Assembly (NCBI RefSeq): GCF_006345805.1
Contig: NC_042999.1
Span: 131,378,001 to 131,442,000, forward strand
Direction of reading: 5' to 3'
Source of the DNA: Octopus sinensis
Taxonomy: Eukaryota
Length of the DNA: 64,000 bases
Shown: positions 62,633-64,000 of the stretch, piece after piece
How the letters are laid out: each line of letters starts with the position of its first letter
Position numbering within the stretch: the first letter of the stretch is position 1
Program-made: the position numbers and the translations under genes
Notes under the pieces: model-generated
What the model was told of the DNA's origin: nothing
Database searches by the model: none
What the model saw: the letters and a program-made list of their open reading frames with translations, nothing else

Positions 62633-64000
62633 CTGTAAAATAAAAAGAAACAAAAAGGTAATCAGATTTAAATTTCAAAATTCATTTCATCAAAATTAAC
62701 CAAAACAAATGTAATTATTGAAATTTTAAAACACAATTATCATTGTCATCATTTTTTGATGTTCATTTTCCATGCTGGTATAGCTTAGACAGTTTGACAG
62801 GATCCAGTGAGCTGCAGAACTGCACTGAGCTCCAATATCAGCTCTGGCATGATTTCTATGGCTGGATGCCCTTTCTAGTGTCAATCACTTTTCAGTGTGT
62901 ATTAGGTGCATTTTTCATGTAGTAAGCACAAGTGAAGTTACTAAGTAACTTGCAAGACAAAAAAAAAAAACAGGAAGAAGCGAAAAAGAAAAAGCTCCCT
63001 CAACTAAATGCAGTGCAGGTTAAATACTCCCATCACATTTAGTAGAGGGAAAGGAGGGGCGATGGTTCTATACCAGGTGTTGAGAGATTAAAGTGTGATA
63101 GAGAGTCAAGCCTAGGTGTCTTGTAACAGAGGAGATACAAGGATACCCTGGAAGAAAAAAATTAAATGTATAAATGGGGGGGGGAGTACTCTGATGTCCA
63201 TGTAGGCTGTGGTAAAATGAATTGATTAATCCAGTTACCTAAAATGTTGTTTTGCAAGTAACTTTATTATATGCAAAAATAACTGTAAAAAAAAAAAAAA
63301 GGAAGACAACAATCGGCTAGCTATCATTGAACTGCAATGGAATCTTGTTTTGTGTTTTGAAGTATTAAATCCCTTTGACCCAATGACTAAATAAAATCCA
63401 TCCTTTGCCTTCATCCTTTAGCATTCAGATTATTCTGTCAAATGTAATGCTTGTTTATTCACATTGTCTTGAATTAATCATGCATTGTAGCTTTGAGATT
63501 TCGATGATGTGATTATTTATCTTTAGAATGATACTGTAGGGGTTTAAGAAGCCAGATCTGACCAGTTTGAACATAAAAATGGATAGAAGATATGGTTGGT
63601 TTAACTGCTAAATGGATACACATGTATCGATCAGCTGCATCTATTACCATTGTGCTATGAAATATCAAATCTACTTTTAATCAATGAACTAAATATATCC
63701 TCACTTAGAAAACTCAAATGAACATGCAAAAATATAAAATATGTAACTTCTTTTCTAATTATCAGAAAAAATATCCAATCTGACACACAACACACCAATG
63801 TAAAATATAATTTTCTGGATTAAAATTTGCTGATTTCTCATTGGTCACTAAATGAACCTTTCTAACTTTTCCATCATTGACAAAGATTTACCCAGTGATA
63901 TAGCTTGCTGGTCTTCTACTCTAAGCTGTCACTCTACAATACTTATTCTTAAACTGATGAAAGCACCCTCCTTCCAATCAGAGCATTGTCATTAATAACT

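Overview
AT-rich, repeat-dense animal genomic DNA. The SINE/MITE content and the (TA)n/(CA)n/(GAT)n tracts suggest a coleoid cephalopod (Octopus-like); this is inferred, not proven. Most of the window is one minus-strand gene encoding an N-BAR + RhoGAP protein of the ARHGAP17 (RICH1/Nadrin)/ARHGAP44 (RICH2) family. I traced 15 GT-AG exons from 62632 down to 9135 (2030 nt, phases join with no stops). The first exon lies beyond 64000 and the 3' end is unresolved. The introns hold several tRNA-derived SINE families, piggyBac-, hAT- and Helentron-type MITEs, and decayed RTE, R4/Dong, CR1, Rex1, mariner and Gypsy fragments. Main leads: (1) a ~500-bp fold-back element, present twice, made of back-to-back tRNA-like heads, with a minimal hammerhead-ribozyme motif in its arms; (2) a separate variant minimal hammerhead; (3) a 12-unit nGAAn heat-shock-element array near the arginine-finger exon; (4) a young RTE insertion with an inverted 5' part; (5) candidate microexons around the last mapped exon. 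All calls were made by eye, without database searches.
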